Assembly: GCA_041576165.1 (NCBI GenBank)
Contig: JBFGLM010000007.1
Span: 32,001 to 96,000, forward strand
DNA length: 64,000 nt
Source: Acidimicrobiia bacterium
GTDB lineage: Bacteria; Actinomycetota; Acidimicrobiia; Spongiisociales; Spongiisociaceae
Reading direction: 5' to 3'
Of this stretch, positions 38,937 through 49,001 are shown one piece after another. Under the pieces are notes generated by a model. That model searched no databases. It was not told the origin of the DNA and saw nothing but the letters and a program-made list of their open reading frames with translations. How positions within the stretch are numbered: the first letter of the stretch is position 1; the number at the start of each line of letters is the position of its first letter. The position numbers and the translations under genes are program-made.

Positions 38937-40278
38937 GTGGCGTGGCTCATCGCCCTCGGGGCGCTTGCGGGATTGCTTCTGGCGGTCGCCATCTACGACC
39001 TGCTGCAACGCCAGCACACGATCCTCCGTAACTTCCCAATCATCGGCCACTTTCGGTACGCGCTGGAAGCGGTCGGGCCGGAACTTCGGCAATACATCGT
39101 TACCGACAACGATGAGGAGCGCCCATTCACTCGGGACCAGCGGCGCTGGGTCTACTCCACTGCCAAGAACGAAAACCCCTACTTCGGTTTCGGAACCGAC
39201 AACCGGCTCGAGACCCCCGACTACGTGCTGATCCGCCAATCGCCGTTCCCGCACGAGAACGGCACTGCCTCCACAACACCGGCGAAGGCGGCGTGTCGGA
39301 CCATCACCTCCACGGCGGCGAGTTGGTCTGGCAGATCGGCACCGGGTATTTCGGCTGTCGCGCCGCCGACGGTGGATTCGACATGGAACAGTTCGTGGTG
39401 ACCGCCTCCCACCCCGAGATCAAGGCAATCGAGATCAAGCTGAGCCAGGGCGCCAAGCCCGGCCTCGGCGGTGTGCTGCCGGCAGCCAAAGTCTCCGGGG
39501 AGATCGCTCGGGCCCGAGGTTTGCCGGAAGGCATAGCGGTGGTCAGCCCCAACCGGCACAGCACCTTCCACGACGTTGCGAGCATGGTCGACTGGATCGA
39601 GCAGCTGGCGGATGCCACCGGCCTGCCGGTTGGCATCAAGTCCGCCGTCGGTCAGACTGCGTTCTGGGATGACCTGGCCGCCCATATGGCCGCCACCGGC
39701 CGCGGGCCCGATTTCATCGCTGTCGATGGAGGAGAAGGCGGCACCGGGGCCGGCCCGCTCGTCTTCACCGACCATGTGGCGTTGCCGTTTCGGATGGCGA
39801 TGGCGACCGTCTTCAAAGCCTTCGTGCGCCATGGCATGACCGAAAAGGTCGTGTTCGCAGGGTCGGGCAAGCTCGGTTTCCCCCATCACGGGCTGGTGGC
39901 GATGGCGCTGGGCGCCGACCTGCTCAACGTTGGCCGCGAGGCGATGCTGGCGGTCGGCTGTATCCAAGCCCAGCGCTGCCACACCGGCCACTGCCCGACG
40001 GGTGTCGCCACCCGTGGTGGCTGACCCGAGGCCTGGATCCAACCAACAAAGCGGTTCGTCTGGCCGGCTACATCGACGCGCTCCGTGCCGACTTGCTGAA
40101 GCTGGCGTGGGCGTGTGGATATTCGCATCCGGCGCTGGTACCGACGGATGCCATAGAGTTGCTCGACACCCCCGACTCCACAGTCTCCCTCATCGACCGA
40201 TTTGGCTATTCGCCCGACTGGAAACGCCTGACCACGGCCGACGTAGACGCCGTCGACCGGCTCATGAGCGCCGGGTGA
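38937..40278 (+). pseudogene. FMN-binding glutamate synthase family (YerD-like) gene, disrupted
   Basis: ILRNFPIIGHFRY...GFGTD, then a frame jump to HNTGEGG, EIKLSQGAKPG, DGGEGGTGA, GCIQAQRCHTGHCPTGV; second frameshift near 40015. Confidence 0.8.
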
Positions 40279-40336
40279 TGGTCCGGCCGCCCGGACCCGT
40301 TGACTACTCTCCGTGGTCAGGGCACAATGGGTTCCG

Positions 40337-40876
40337 GTGCGGAAACGGCCTGCAATTGTTGCATTTTTGGTACTGGCGGCTGCCGGGGTAGGCGCGGTAG
40401 CGTTTGCCGCCCAGAGTGAGGAAGCGCCGGTGGTCGGGCAGGTCGACGAGCCGGCCGCGGTCAGCCCCGGCCAGGCCAAACACGCCGCGGCCGTGGTGGC
40501 CGAAACCGGTGCGTCCCCAACCGAAGTAGCCGGACTGCGGGCGTCCGGTGCCGGGTGGGGACTGATCCGCCACGGATATGTCCTGGCCGAGGCAGAAGGG
40601 ATCGGCGTCGAAGAGGCAATCGAGCGAATTCGCAACGGTGAGGTCGAAGGAAAGCCACCGTGGGCGGGACCGAAACAGGGGGACGGCATCGCGCCCGGCC
40701 AAGCCAGAAAGGCGGCCGAGGTAGCGGCGATCGCTGGTGTTTTGCCCGAGACCGTCGCCGAAGCGAGAGCCGCCGGCACCGGTTGGGGCCAGCTCAAGAA
40801 GGCCGCCGAGCTGGTCGCAAGCGACGGGCTGTCTTTTGAGGAGGCGGTGGCGGCCGTCCGATCGGCCGGGCCCTGA
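40337..40876 (+). CDS. Secreted protein with two PGQA...GxGWG repeats
   Basis: Signal peptide ending AFA; two ~58-aa internal repeats; start approximate. Confidence 0.7.
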   Translation: MRKRPAIVAFLVLAAAGVGAVAFAAQSEEAPVVGQVDEPAAVSPGQAKHAAAVVAETGASPTEVAGLRASGAGWGLIRHGYVLAEAEGIGVEEAIERIRNGEVEGKPPWAGPKQGDGIAPGQARKAAEVAAIAGVLPETVAEARAAGTGWGQLKKAAELVASDGLSFEEAVAAVRSAGP

Positions 40877-41047
40877 GCGGATCTGTCGGGATGTGCGCTC
40901 TGGGCTGCCGCCCTGCAATCGCGCTCTCGAGCGTTCCAGCCCTGGCCGCAATGTCACCCCACGGCAGCAGGGTCCAATCCGCCCGGGGGTGACGACGAAC
41001 CGGTCACTGATCCATACGTTGGTTTCATCGCCGACTGAGGAGACAAC

Positions 41048-41454
41048 GTGCCATCCGTGCGCGGCCCCAGCCGCCTCCTCTACAAGGGTGCGCTGCTCTG
41101 GCTGGCATCTGCGGCAATGCACGGCGGGATGCTGGCAATCACAGGCGTTCAATGGGCGGGAGCAGTGTCGTGGCGCTAACCAATCGTCTTCGGATTCTCG
41201 ATTGCGCTGCTGCTGGCCACCGTCGGCTGGATCCTCGACCGGTTGCCGGAGCGCCCGAAGCTTGCGGCAAGTCTCGCCTGGACCTTCCTCATCGCGTCGT
41301 CGGTGGAGGTAGGACTGATCACGCTCCAGGCGTGGCGTGAGAGGGCCTCCCATTTCGACGAAGCGGGCGATGCGATCATCTTCGCGGCTATGGGGGCGAT
41401 GGTCGGGGTCGTGTCGCTGTGCCTGGTGGCTACGCTCATCTGGGCCGCCAGCGG
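41048..41454 (+). pseudogene. Membrane protein pseudogene (nonsense mutation plus truncation)
   Basis: GAGGAG RBS and GTG 41048; in-frame TAA at 41177 within VSWR*PIVFGFS; hydrophobic frame continues to ~41450. Confidence 0.65.
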
Positions 41455-41835
41455 CGAGTGTTCGCCGCGCTGCGGGCGGGTGCGTCGGGTTGTCTCCTCA
41501 AGCGCAGCCCTCCGGAAAACCTGGTGGACGGCATCCGGACGGTGGCGGCAGGGGAGGCATTGCTGTCGCCGTCGGTGACCCGCCGACTGACAGAGGAGTT
41601 TTCGAGCCGCCCGGTTCGCCGCCCCGACCGGGCATTCGACGACTTGACCGGGCGGGAAGGAGAAGTCCTGGTGGCAATGGCGCGGGGGCTGTCCAACGAC
41701 GAACTGGCTGCGGCGCTGTTCATCTCGGAGAACACCGTCAAGACGCACATCAAGCGGGTGCTGACCAAACTCGGCGCCCGCGACCGGGTACAGGCGGTCG
41801 TGATGGCCTATGAGGGCGGGCTGATGGACGACTGA
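41455..41835 (+). pseudogene. N-terminally truncated NarL/LuxR response regulator
   Basis: VFAALRAGASGCLLK...LTGREGEVL...SNDELA...TVKTH; receiver N-terminus with the phospho-Asp is missing. Confidence 0.8.
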
Positions 41836-42431
41836 CGGGCGGCCTGCGCCACCCACGAGTGCAGCCGGTCACCCACCACCCGCCAGGACCCGTCGCAATC
41901 CGCGGCCACCCGCTCGGCCAGTTCTGCATCCACATGCACGGCTGGCCGGCGACCGAGAACTGACGCCGCGGCGAGGCGGCGAGCCGCCCACACCTGTACC
42001 GTGGCGGGGGTGGGGGCGGGCAGTCGAACCCGTCGGATGGTCGCGCCGGGCATGCGGGCGGCCCGCCGCAGGTCGCGATGCACACCCAGTACGACGGTGG
42101 CCCCGATCTGGGCTGCCGCGCCCAGTGACCGGCGGAGGATCATCCGCGGGATCCGATCCGCCTCGTCCCAATAGGCCAACGACGCAATTGGAACCGGCCG
42201 CCAGCGTGCCCAGCCTTGTTCGACGTGGAGATAGCGTCCCCCTACCGTGCGCTGCCAGTGGAGGAGCAGCGTTGTCTTGCCGGAGCCCCGCGGTCCGATC
42301 ACCTGAATGAGGCGATGCGCATCCGGTATGGGAGGGTCGACTTCCCGCTCGATGTAGAGCGGCGGCGCCACCCCCGGCTCAGGATCGGCCACAAACGGGT
42401 TGCAGCGGAGGCCGAGCGACTCGTACGTCAC
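41808..42431 (-). CDS. Small P-loop NTPase-like protein
   Basis: LGLRCNPF, Walker A GPRGSGKT, Walker B-like WDEAD; GTGA overlap with upstream gene. Confidence 0.7.
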   Translation of the reverse strand: MTYESLGLRCNPFVADPEPGVAPPLYIEREVDPPIPDAHRLIQVIGPRGSGKTTLLLHWQRTVGGRYLHVEQGWARWRPVPIASLAYWDEADRIPRMILRRSLGAAAQIGATVVLGVHRDLRRAARMPGATIRRVRLPAPTPATVQVWAARRLAAASVLGRRPAVHVDAELAERVAADCDGSWRVVGDRLHSWVAQAARQSSISPPS

Positions 42432-42919
42432 ACCGATATCTCGACGGTGGCCTCGATCTCGACCGGCATTCCGAAGGGAAGGGAGGCCACCCCGATCGCG
42501 GAGCGGGCGTGCCCGCCGCGGTCGGAGCCGAACACCTCGATGATCAGCTCGGAGAATCCGTTGATGACCGCGGGCTGCCGCTCGAACCCCTCGACTGCCG
42601 CCACCATGCCGAACACCCGCAACCAGGCGGCGATCCGGTCGAGCGAGCCGAGCGCTCGCCGCAACGATCCGAGGATTGAGAGCGCGGTTCGGCGGGCCGC
42701 CTCGACCGCCTCTGCCTCGGACACGTCGCGTCCCACCAGCCCGAACGGGCCCTCGATCGGGCCCTCTCGCCCCTGCGGACCGTGTCCCGAGACATACGCC
42801 CGATTGCCCCGGATTCGGACGAACTCGAAGGGCAAGACCACACCCGCTGGAACCACCAGGGGCGGCGGCAGCTCCAATCCAAGTTGCTCGAGGCGGTCTT
42901 CGATCCGTGCCACCGTCAC
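42428..42919 (-). CDS. RidA/YjgF family protein
   Basis: YVSGHGP, VINGFSEL, HARSAIGVASLP, PVEIE. Confidence 0.9.
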   Translation of the reverse strand: MTVARIEDRLEQLGLELPPPLVVPAGVVLPFEFVRIRGNRAYVSGHGPQGREGPIEGPFGLVGRDVSEAEAVEAARRTALSILGSLRRALGSLDRIAAWLRVFGMVAAVEGFERQPAVINGFSELIIEVFGSDRGGHARSAIGVASLPFGMPVEIEATVEISV

Positions 42920-43278
42920 GCTCCTTTCGGGAGGACCCGCACCTCGACGTGTGTCTTGGGATCCCGCGCCCACGCCACATCGAGGCGGGCCTCGACACGC
43001 CAGACCACCCGAATCAGATTCCCGTCATATGACACCGGGGCATCGTCGGGCACGGCCAGCTCGAACTCGAACCACGGCGGAACCATTGTCGGGTCGCCGT
43101 GGAACTCCCGCTCGGCTCCGGCGACGACTGCTCGGTCAACCGAGCCGCGACCTTCCGTCGCAAACGCCAGTTCAACCTTCACCCCGTCGGGCGCCTTCTC
43201 GGACGGGTCCCACACGACCCGCCCGCCGACGGTCTCGCCAAGAGCAACGGTCGCATCGTCGAGGTCGATCTCGATCAC
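42916..43278 (-). CDS. Hypothetical arrestin/SpoOM-like beta-sandwich protein
   Basis: TEGRG...APVSYDGNLIRVVW; GTGA coupling at both ends. Confidence 0.65.
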   Translation of the reverse strand: MIEIDLDDATVALGETVGGRVVWDPSEKAPDGVKVELAFATEGRGSVDRAVVAGAEREFHGDPTMVPPWFEFELAVPDDAPVSYDGNLIRVVWRVEARLDVAWARDPKTHVEVRVLPKGA

Positions 43279-43961
43279 CTTGCCACCTCCGGCGCCACCC
43301 GTACCGGCAGAGTCGAGACAACGTCGGGCGCCCCGGCTTCTGACAGGTTGAATATCATCAGCCACTCCACCAGGTTCCACTGCAGTTCGATCGTGGGCGG
43401 CCCCTCGCCGGGGATGGTGAACTCGAACGCCACGCCCGGGCGGCCCTCTCGCTCCTGGGGGATCACCTCCAGCGGCACCGTCGCGACGTCCTCGGTCGCC
43501 GTCTTCGTATCCGTGCCCACTCGATAGGTTGCCGACTCGCGCAGGATCAGCCGGGCAGTCACGTGGTCCGCCATCGAGTTGTCGCCCAGTGCAGTCCGAT
43601 GGAACCAACCGTGGGTCGTCTCGCCCAGCCGCACCGGCCACTTCGAAAGCACCAGGACCGCGTCGCCCCACTCTTTGCCGACCCGGTAGGCCTTGACGAA
43701 CGCGACCCAGACGAGGATGTCGGCGACTGCGAACGCGGCTGCGAACGCCAGCAACACGAACCCGCCCTGTCTGAGCCCGATCGCGACGAGGACCAAAGTG
43801 ACGATCGTCCACACCACCGCGAATGCTCCGGTCAGGAGCACCGGTGTCCAGCGTTTCACGCCGGTGGTCAGCTCCCAGCCGTCGGCGACGCGTTGGGGTT
43901 CGTACGAGGCGTCGTGGCCCATCCGGCGTGACCGGCCACCTTTCGTCACCCGGAGCTCCAT
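43275..43961 (-). CDS. Two-TM membrane protein with C-terminal beta domain
   Basis: Two hydrophobic helices, ESATYRVGTD; TACATT -10 element 8 nt before ATG 43961. Confidence 0.7.
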   Translation of the reverse strand: MELRVTKGGRSRRMGHDASYEPQRVADGWELTTGVKRWTPVLLTGAFAVVWTIVTLVLVAIGLRQGGFVLLAFAAAFAVADILVWVAFVKAYRVGKEWGDAVLVLSKWPVRLGETTHGWFHRTALGDNSMADHVTARLILRESATYRVGTDTKTATEDVATVPLEVIPQEREGRPGVAFEFTIPGEGPPTIELQWNLVEWLMIFNLSEAGAPDVVSTLPVRVAPEVAR

Positions 43962-44066
43962 GTGCAGAGAATGTAGCGGCTACCGAGTGCCAAATCGGTG
44001 CGGGGGCCGGCACCACGCCGGCCGCGCCCGAGCTAGCGTGCGGGAATCCGCCCCGGAGGAAGCGCC

Positions 44067-44936
44067 GTGCGTTCGAAGTTCAAGAAGAGTCACATCAACG
44101 TGCTGGGTATCGACATGGCGTATCACGAGGTCGGGAAAGGCGATCCGGTTGTCTTTCTGCACGGCAACCCCACGTCGTCCTACCTGTGGCGCAACATCAT
44201 TCCCTACGTTTCTGATTTCGGCCGCTGCATCGCCCCCGATCTCGTCGGCATGGGGGACTCCGGCAAGATTCCCAACTCGACCGTCGGGACGTATCGCTTC
44301 GTCGAACACAGACAATTCCTCGACGCATTGCTCGCAATGCTGGGAGTCAACAGCAATGTCACCTTCGTGATGCACGATTGGGGGTCGGCCCTCGGTTTCG
44401 ACTGGGCCCGGCGGCATCCCGAGTCCGTGCTTGGGCTGTGCTACATGGAAGCAATTGTGACGCCTGTCACGTGGGACGACTGGCCGGAGGAGGCGACACG
44501 AGTTTTCCAGGGTATGCGGTCCGAGGCGGGGGAGGGGATGGTGCTGGAGAAGAACATCTTCGTGGAGCGGATCCTGCCGGCTTCGATCATGCGGGAACTG
44601 AGCGAGGAAGAGATGGCCGAATACCGGCGTCCCTACGAGGTACACGGCGAACCGCGGCGGCCCACCCTCACCTGGCCCCGTGAGATCCCGATCGAAGGGG
44701 AACCCAAAGACGTGGATGAGATCGTGCGGGAGTACTCGGAGTGGCTGCAGCAGACCAAGATCCCGAAGCTGTTCGTCAACGCCGACCCCGGCAGCATCCT
44801 GGTCGGTCGTCAGCGCGAAGTGGCCCGCAGCTTCCCCAACCAGACCGAAGTCACGGTGCCCGGCATCCACTTCATCCAGGAGGACTCTCCCGACGAGATC
44901 GGTCGTGCCCTCGCCCAGTGGTACGTGGACATCTGA
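44067..44936 (+). CDS. Haloalkane dehalogenase (LinB/DhaA type)
   Basis: HGNPTSSYLWR, nucleophile HDWG, YMEA, TLTWPRE, HFIQED. Confidence 0.93.
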   Translation: MRSKFKKSHINVLGIDMAYHEVGKGDPVVFLHGNPTSSYLWRNIIPYVSDFGRCIAPDLVGMGDSGKIPNSTVGTYRFVEHRQFLDALLAMLGVNSNVTFVMHDWGSALGFDWARRHPESVLGLCYMEAIVTPVTWDDWPEEATRVFQGMRSEAGEGMVLEKNIFVERILPASIMRELSEEEMAEYRRPYEVHGEPRRPTLTWPREIPIEGEPKDVDEIVREYSEWLQQTKIPKLFVNADPGSILVGRQREVARSFPNQTEVTVPGIHFIQEDSPDEIGRALAQWYVDI

Positions 44937-45004
44937 ATTTGCCAGCAGCCCGGTAGCCCAGCCGGCGAATTGTCTACGGTTTCGGATGTGCCACGCTGTG
45001 GCCG

Positions 45005-45985
45005 ATGACCGCCAGCGTGAAACGATCGGGCCCGGACCAGGCGCGGCCGGACCGCGAGCCGGCGTGGCTCACTCGGCTGATCATCGTGGCGGTTCTGGGG
45101 ATGACGCTCGGCGGGTTTCTGGGCTCTCTCTACTGGGCGCTCGACCTCCTGTCCCACCCCCGGCTCCACTACTTCCTCATCGGCCTGGCCGCGCTGGTGG
45201 TGGGGCTGGTACGCCGGGACCGGGTGGTCCTGGTAGCGGCCGCGTCGGTGCTGGTCATCAATGCCCTCACGATGGCGCCGCTGTTTGTCGGTGGGCACGC
45301 GGATCCGGCGGCCGGAGCCGAGCCGCTGCGAGTGATGACATTCAACCTGTTCCACGTCAACCGCGACACCGACGCCATACTCGATGAGATCGCGTCCAGC
45401 GACGCCGATGTGGTCTTTCTGCACGAGCTGTCGGCCACGGTTCGCCAAGTCATCGAGGAAGATTTGGGTGGCTACCGCTACGCGATGGAAGACGGCTGGG
45501 GGTTCGCCTCAGGCTCCGCCGCCCTCGTCCGCGAGGGGCTCGAGGTGGTTCCCACCACCCTGCGAATCGGACCGTTCCAGCGATTCCCCGGCGTGACGCT
45601 GGCCTATGAGGGCGCAACGGTGGAGCTGGTCGGGGTGCATCCGCTCTCGCCGGTCACGCCCAATCGGAGCCGGGCCCGAGACCGGGCGTTGGAGGACGTA
45701 GCTCTGTGGGTGACCGACCGACCGGGCGAAGTGGTGGTGGCAGGTGACTTCAACGCCTCGCCGTTCAGCCACGCCTATCGGACCTTCCGGGACATCTCCG
45801 GGCTCCGCTCCAGCATCGACGGCGCGGGCTGGCAAGGGACCTGGCCCAACACCTGGAAACCATTCCAATTGCCCATCGACCACGCCTTCGTGTCGGATGG
45901 CCTCACCGTGGTCGAGCGTCGGATCGGCGGACACGCAGGTTCGGACCACGCGGCGCTGATCCTCGACCTCGCCCCCGCTGCCTAA
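45005..45985 (+). CDS. Membrane-anchored endonuclease/exonuclease/phosphatase family protein
   Basis: Three N-terminal TMs, MTFN, GDFNA, IDH, GSDH. Confidence 0.85.
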   Translation: MTASVKRSGPDQARPDREPAWLTRLIIVAVLGMTLGGFLGSLYWALDLLSHPRLHYFLIGLAALVVGLVRRDRVVLVAAASVLVINALTMAPLFVGGHADPAAGAEPLRVMTFNLFHVNRDTDAILDEIASSDADVVFLHELSATVRQVIEEDLGGYRYAMEDGWGFASGSAALVREGLEVVPTTLRIGPFQRFPGVTLAYEGATVELVGVHPLSPVTPNRSRARDRALEDVALWVTDRPGEVVVAGDFNASPFSHAYRTFRDISGLRSSIDGAGWQGTWPNTWKPFQLPIDHAFVSDGLTVVERRIGGHAGSDHAALILDLAPAA

Positions 45986-46046
45986 CGGCTGTGGCTCTTG
46001 CTTTGGCCGTCGCCTGGCTGTTGCTGTACGGGAGTACCCTGCCTGC

Positions 46047-47513
46047 ATGGAAACTGACCTGTCTCTGCACTCCGCCCGGCGCCAGGACCTGGCCGAGCGT
46101 ATCGGTGATGCCATCGCCATCGTCCCCGCCGCCGGCGAGACCGTGCGCAACCACGACGTCCACCATTCGTTCCGGCAGAGTTCCGACTTCTTCTTCCTGA
46201 CCGGATTCGACGAGCCCGACGCGGTCGCCGTGATCGACCCGTCCAGCCCGGCAGAGCGGTACGTGCTGTTCGTCCGCCCCCGTGACCGCGAGCTAGAAAT
46301 CTGGAATGGCTATCGAGCCGGAGTCGAAGGGGCCAAGGAACGTTATGGAGCGGACGCCGCGTTTCCGATCGCCGAATTGGACACAGAACTCCGGCGCCGG
46401 TTCCTCGGCCGGGCCGCTGTATATGTGCCGCTCGGGGACAGCACGTTTCGCAGCAAGATCTCAGCTCTGATCGCGGGACTGGGGGGGCTGAGCGAACGCT
46501 TCGGCCGGCTGGTCCCGGGGGAGCTGCGCGACGTGTCGGCGCTGGTCCACGACTTGCGCCTGCGCAAGACCGACGCGGAACTCGTTGCGCTCCGCACTGC
46601 ATGTGACATCTCTGCCGAGGGTCATGCCGAAGCCATGCGATTCGCCGCCCCGGGCCGCTACGAATACCAGGTGCAGACGGCAATGGAGTACATCTTCCGC
46701 ATGCGAGGATCACGCCGCGACGGTTATCCGGCGATCGTGGCGGGAGGTGGCAACGCCTGCGTGCTGCATTACACCGAGAACGATCAGGTACTGGCCGATG
46801 GTGACCTGTTGCTGATTGACGCCGGAGCCGAGTACCGCTACTTCTCGGCCGACATCACTCGGACGTTCCCCGTCAACGGCACGTTCACGGCTCCCCAACG
46901 CACCATCTACGACCTCGTACTGGCAGCGCAGGTGGCTGCTTTCGAGCATACGGTCGCCGGATCGACCATCCGGGCGATACACCAAACGACGGTGGAAACG
47001 ATCACCGCCGGCCTCGTCGATCTGGGGCTGCTGCCGGGTCCGGTAGAGGACGCGGTCCGGATGCACCACTACCGGGAGTTCTTCATGCACGGCACCGGCC
47101 ACTGGTTGGGCATGGACGTACATGACGCGGGCTCCTACGGTCTGGACGGTAAACCACGGCCGCTGGAACCCGGCATGACGTTCACTGTCGAGCCCGGCAT
47201 CTACATCGCGCCGGACCGGAGCGAGATTGAACTGACACTTCTCGATTACGACCTCGACGAGTGGACCGAGCGCCGCATGCTGATGGGCACGGCCAAGGCG
47301 AAGGAACTCGAAACCGAAGAGAAGGCAAAGGCCGCCACGATCACCCACGAGATCCCGGAGGAGTTCCGCGGCATCGGTGTGCGGATCGAGGACGACATCC
47401 TCATCACCGACAGCGGGTACGAGAACCTGACGGCGGCCGTCCCCACCGACCCCGGCGAGGTCGAAGCCCTGGCCAGTGAGGTGTCTCAGCTGCCGGTGCT
47501 CGAGAGCCGCTGA
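46047..47513 (+). CDS. pepP: Xaa-Pro aminopeptidase
   Basis: FRQSSDFFFLTG, LIDAG, ADITRTFP, HGTGHWLGMDVHD, TVEPG, RIEDD. Confidence 0.95.
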   Translation: METDLSLHSARRQDLAERIGDAIAIVPAAGETVRNHDVHHSFRQSSDFFFLTGFDEPDAVAVIDPSSPAERYVLFVRPRDRELEIWNGYRAGVEGAKERYGADAAFPIAELDTELRRRFLGRAAVYVPLGDSTFRSKISALIAGLGGLSERFGRLVPGELRDVSALVHDLRLRKTDAELVALRTACDISAEGHAEAMRFAAPGRYEYQVQTAMEYIFRMRGSRRDGYPAIVAGGGNACVLHYTENDQVLADGDLLLIDAGAEYRYFSADITRTFPVNGTFTAPQRTIYDLVLAAQVAAFEHTVAGSTIRAIHQTTVETITAGLVDLGLLPGPVEDAVRMHHYREFFMHGTGHWLGMDVHDAGSYGLDGKPRPLEPGMTFTVEPGIYIAPDRSEIELTLLDYDLDEWTERRMLMGTAKAKELETEEKAKAATITHEIPEEFRGIGVRIEDDILITDSGYENLTAAVPTDPGEVEALASEVSQLPVLESR

Positions 47514-47515
47514 GC

Positions 47516-49000
47516 GTGCGTACCGTTTGGGTCCTTGGGGACCAGCTGAACCGCCAGATCTCCAGTCTGGCAGGCGCCGAGCCCGCCACCAGCCGGGTGC
47601 TGATGGTGGAATCAGCCGCGAAGCTGCGGTCGAAGGCGTTCCACCGCCAGCGGCTCCACTTGCTGCTCGCATCGATGCGGCGCTTCGCCGGTGAGCTCGC
47701 TTCCGTGGGATTCGACGTCGATTACCGGCAAGCTGAATCGTTGGGTGCCGGACTCGCCGCCCACCGACAAGAGTTTGAGCCGGACGAGATTGTCGCGATG
47801 GAACCGATGTCCCATGGCGGCCTCAACATGCTCCGCGACTGCGAAGTCAACGTCGTCGACGGTAACCAGTTCTTCTGCCACTACCGCGACTTCATCGACT
47901 GGTGTGAGGATCGCACCAGAATCACGATGGAGGACTTCTACCGCTGGCAACGGGTGAGCCACGGATACCTGATGGACGGCGACGAGCCTGCCGGCGGGAA
48001 GTGGAACTACGACCGGGAGAACCGAGAACCTCCGCCTGATCCGGGCTTCGACTGGCCTGAGCCGCTGCGGGACGAACTCGACGAACTGGACCGGGAGGTC
48101 CTCGCCGCCCTGCCCGACACCGCGTGGGGCGCGCCGCCCAACGGCACCTGGGCGACGGACCGAGCAGGCGCCCAAGCTCGGCTCGACCACTTCGTGAAGA
48201 CCGTCTTGCCCGACTTCGGCCCGTATCAGGACGCGATGTTGCGCAAACCGTGGGCTCTGGCCCACTCGTTACTCAGTCCCTATCTCAACATCGGGTTGCT
48301 GACACCCGCCGAGGTCTGCGATGCGGCCGAAGCGGCGTACCGGGCCGGCGATGTGCAGATCGCGTCGGCCGAGGGCTTCATCCGCCAGGTGATTGGCTGG
48401 CGCGAATACGTGTGGGGTGTCTACTGGCGCGACATGCCCCACTACGCCGAACGCAACGCACTCGGGGCGGACCGGCCGCTGCCGCCCGCCATCCGGGAGG
48501 GCAGCACCCAGATGGCCTGTGTCCGGGAGTGCTGGCAGGGCGTGCACGACCGGGCGTACGCACACCACATCCAGCGGCTGATGGTGCTCGGCAACCTCGC
48601 TTTGCTGGCCGGCGTGCGCCCGTGGGAGATGGTCGAGTGGATGTGGCGCTCTTTCATCGACGGCGCCGAGTGGGTGATGGTCCCCAACGTGATCGGGATG
48701 TCCCTCCACGCCGACGGTGGCGTCATGGCCACCAAGCCCTACGCGGCAGGCGGCAACTACGTCTCGAAGATGAGCGACTACTGCGGTGACTGTGCCTATG
48801 ACCCCAAGCGGCGGACCGGAGACAAGGCGTGCCCGTTCACCACCTTGTACTGGGACTTCCTCGATCGCCACCGCGAGCGGTTTGCGGACAACCATCGCAT
48901 GTCCCATCAGATGGCCGGCCTGCGCCGTCGCGACGACCTCGATGCGATCAGAGCTCGAGCCGGCGAGGTACTGGACCGGCTGGGTGCGGGCACACTGTGA
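47516..49000 (+). CDS. Cryptochrome/photolyase, FeS-cluster bacterial (6-4) type
   Basis: VLGDQL, HSLLSPYLN, EGFIRQVIGWRE, HHIQRLM, TKPY, DYCGDC...ACPF. Confidence 0.9.
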   Translation: MRTVWVLGDQLNRQISSLAGAEPATSRVLMVESAAKLRSKAFHRQRLHLLLASMRRFAGELASVGFDVDYRQAESLGAGLAAHRQEFEPDEIVAMEPMSHGGLNMLRDCEVNVVDGNQFFCHYRDFIDWCEDRTRITMEDFYRWQRVSHGYLMDGDEPAGGKWNYDRENREPPPDPGFDWPEPLRDELDELDREVLAALPDTAWGAPPNGTWATDRAGAQARLDHFVKTVLPDFGPYQDAMLRKPWALAHSLLSPYLNIGLLTPAEVCDAAEAAYRAGDVQIASAEGFIRQVIGWREYVWGVYWRDMPHYAERNALGADRPLPPAIREGSTQMACVRECWQGVHDRAYAHHIQRLMVLGNLALLAGVRPWEMVEWMWRSFIDGAEWVMVPNVIGMSLHADGGVMATKPYAAGGNYVSKMSDYCGDCAYDPKRRTGDKACPFTTLYWDFLDRHRERFADNHRMSHQMAGLRRRDDLDAIRARAGEVLDRLGAGTL

Positions 49001-49001
49001 G

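Noticed and set aside
40022-40024. TGA in the YerD-like gene as a Sec codon
   Set aside because: Homology continues in a different frame, so this is a frameshift, not readthrough.
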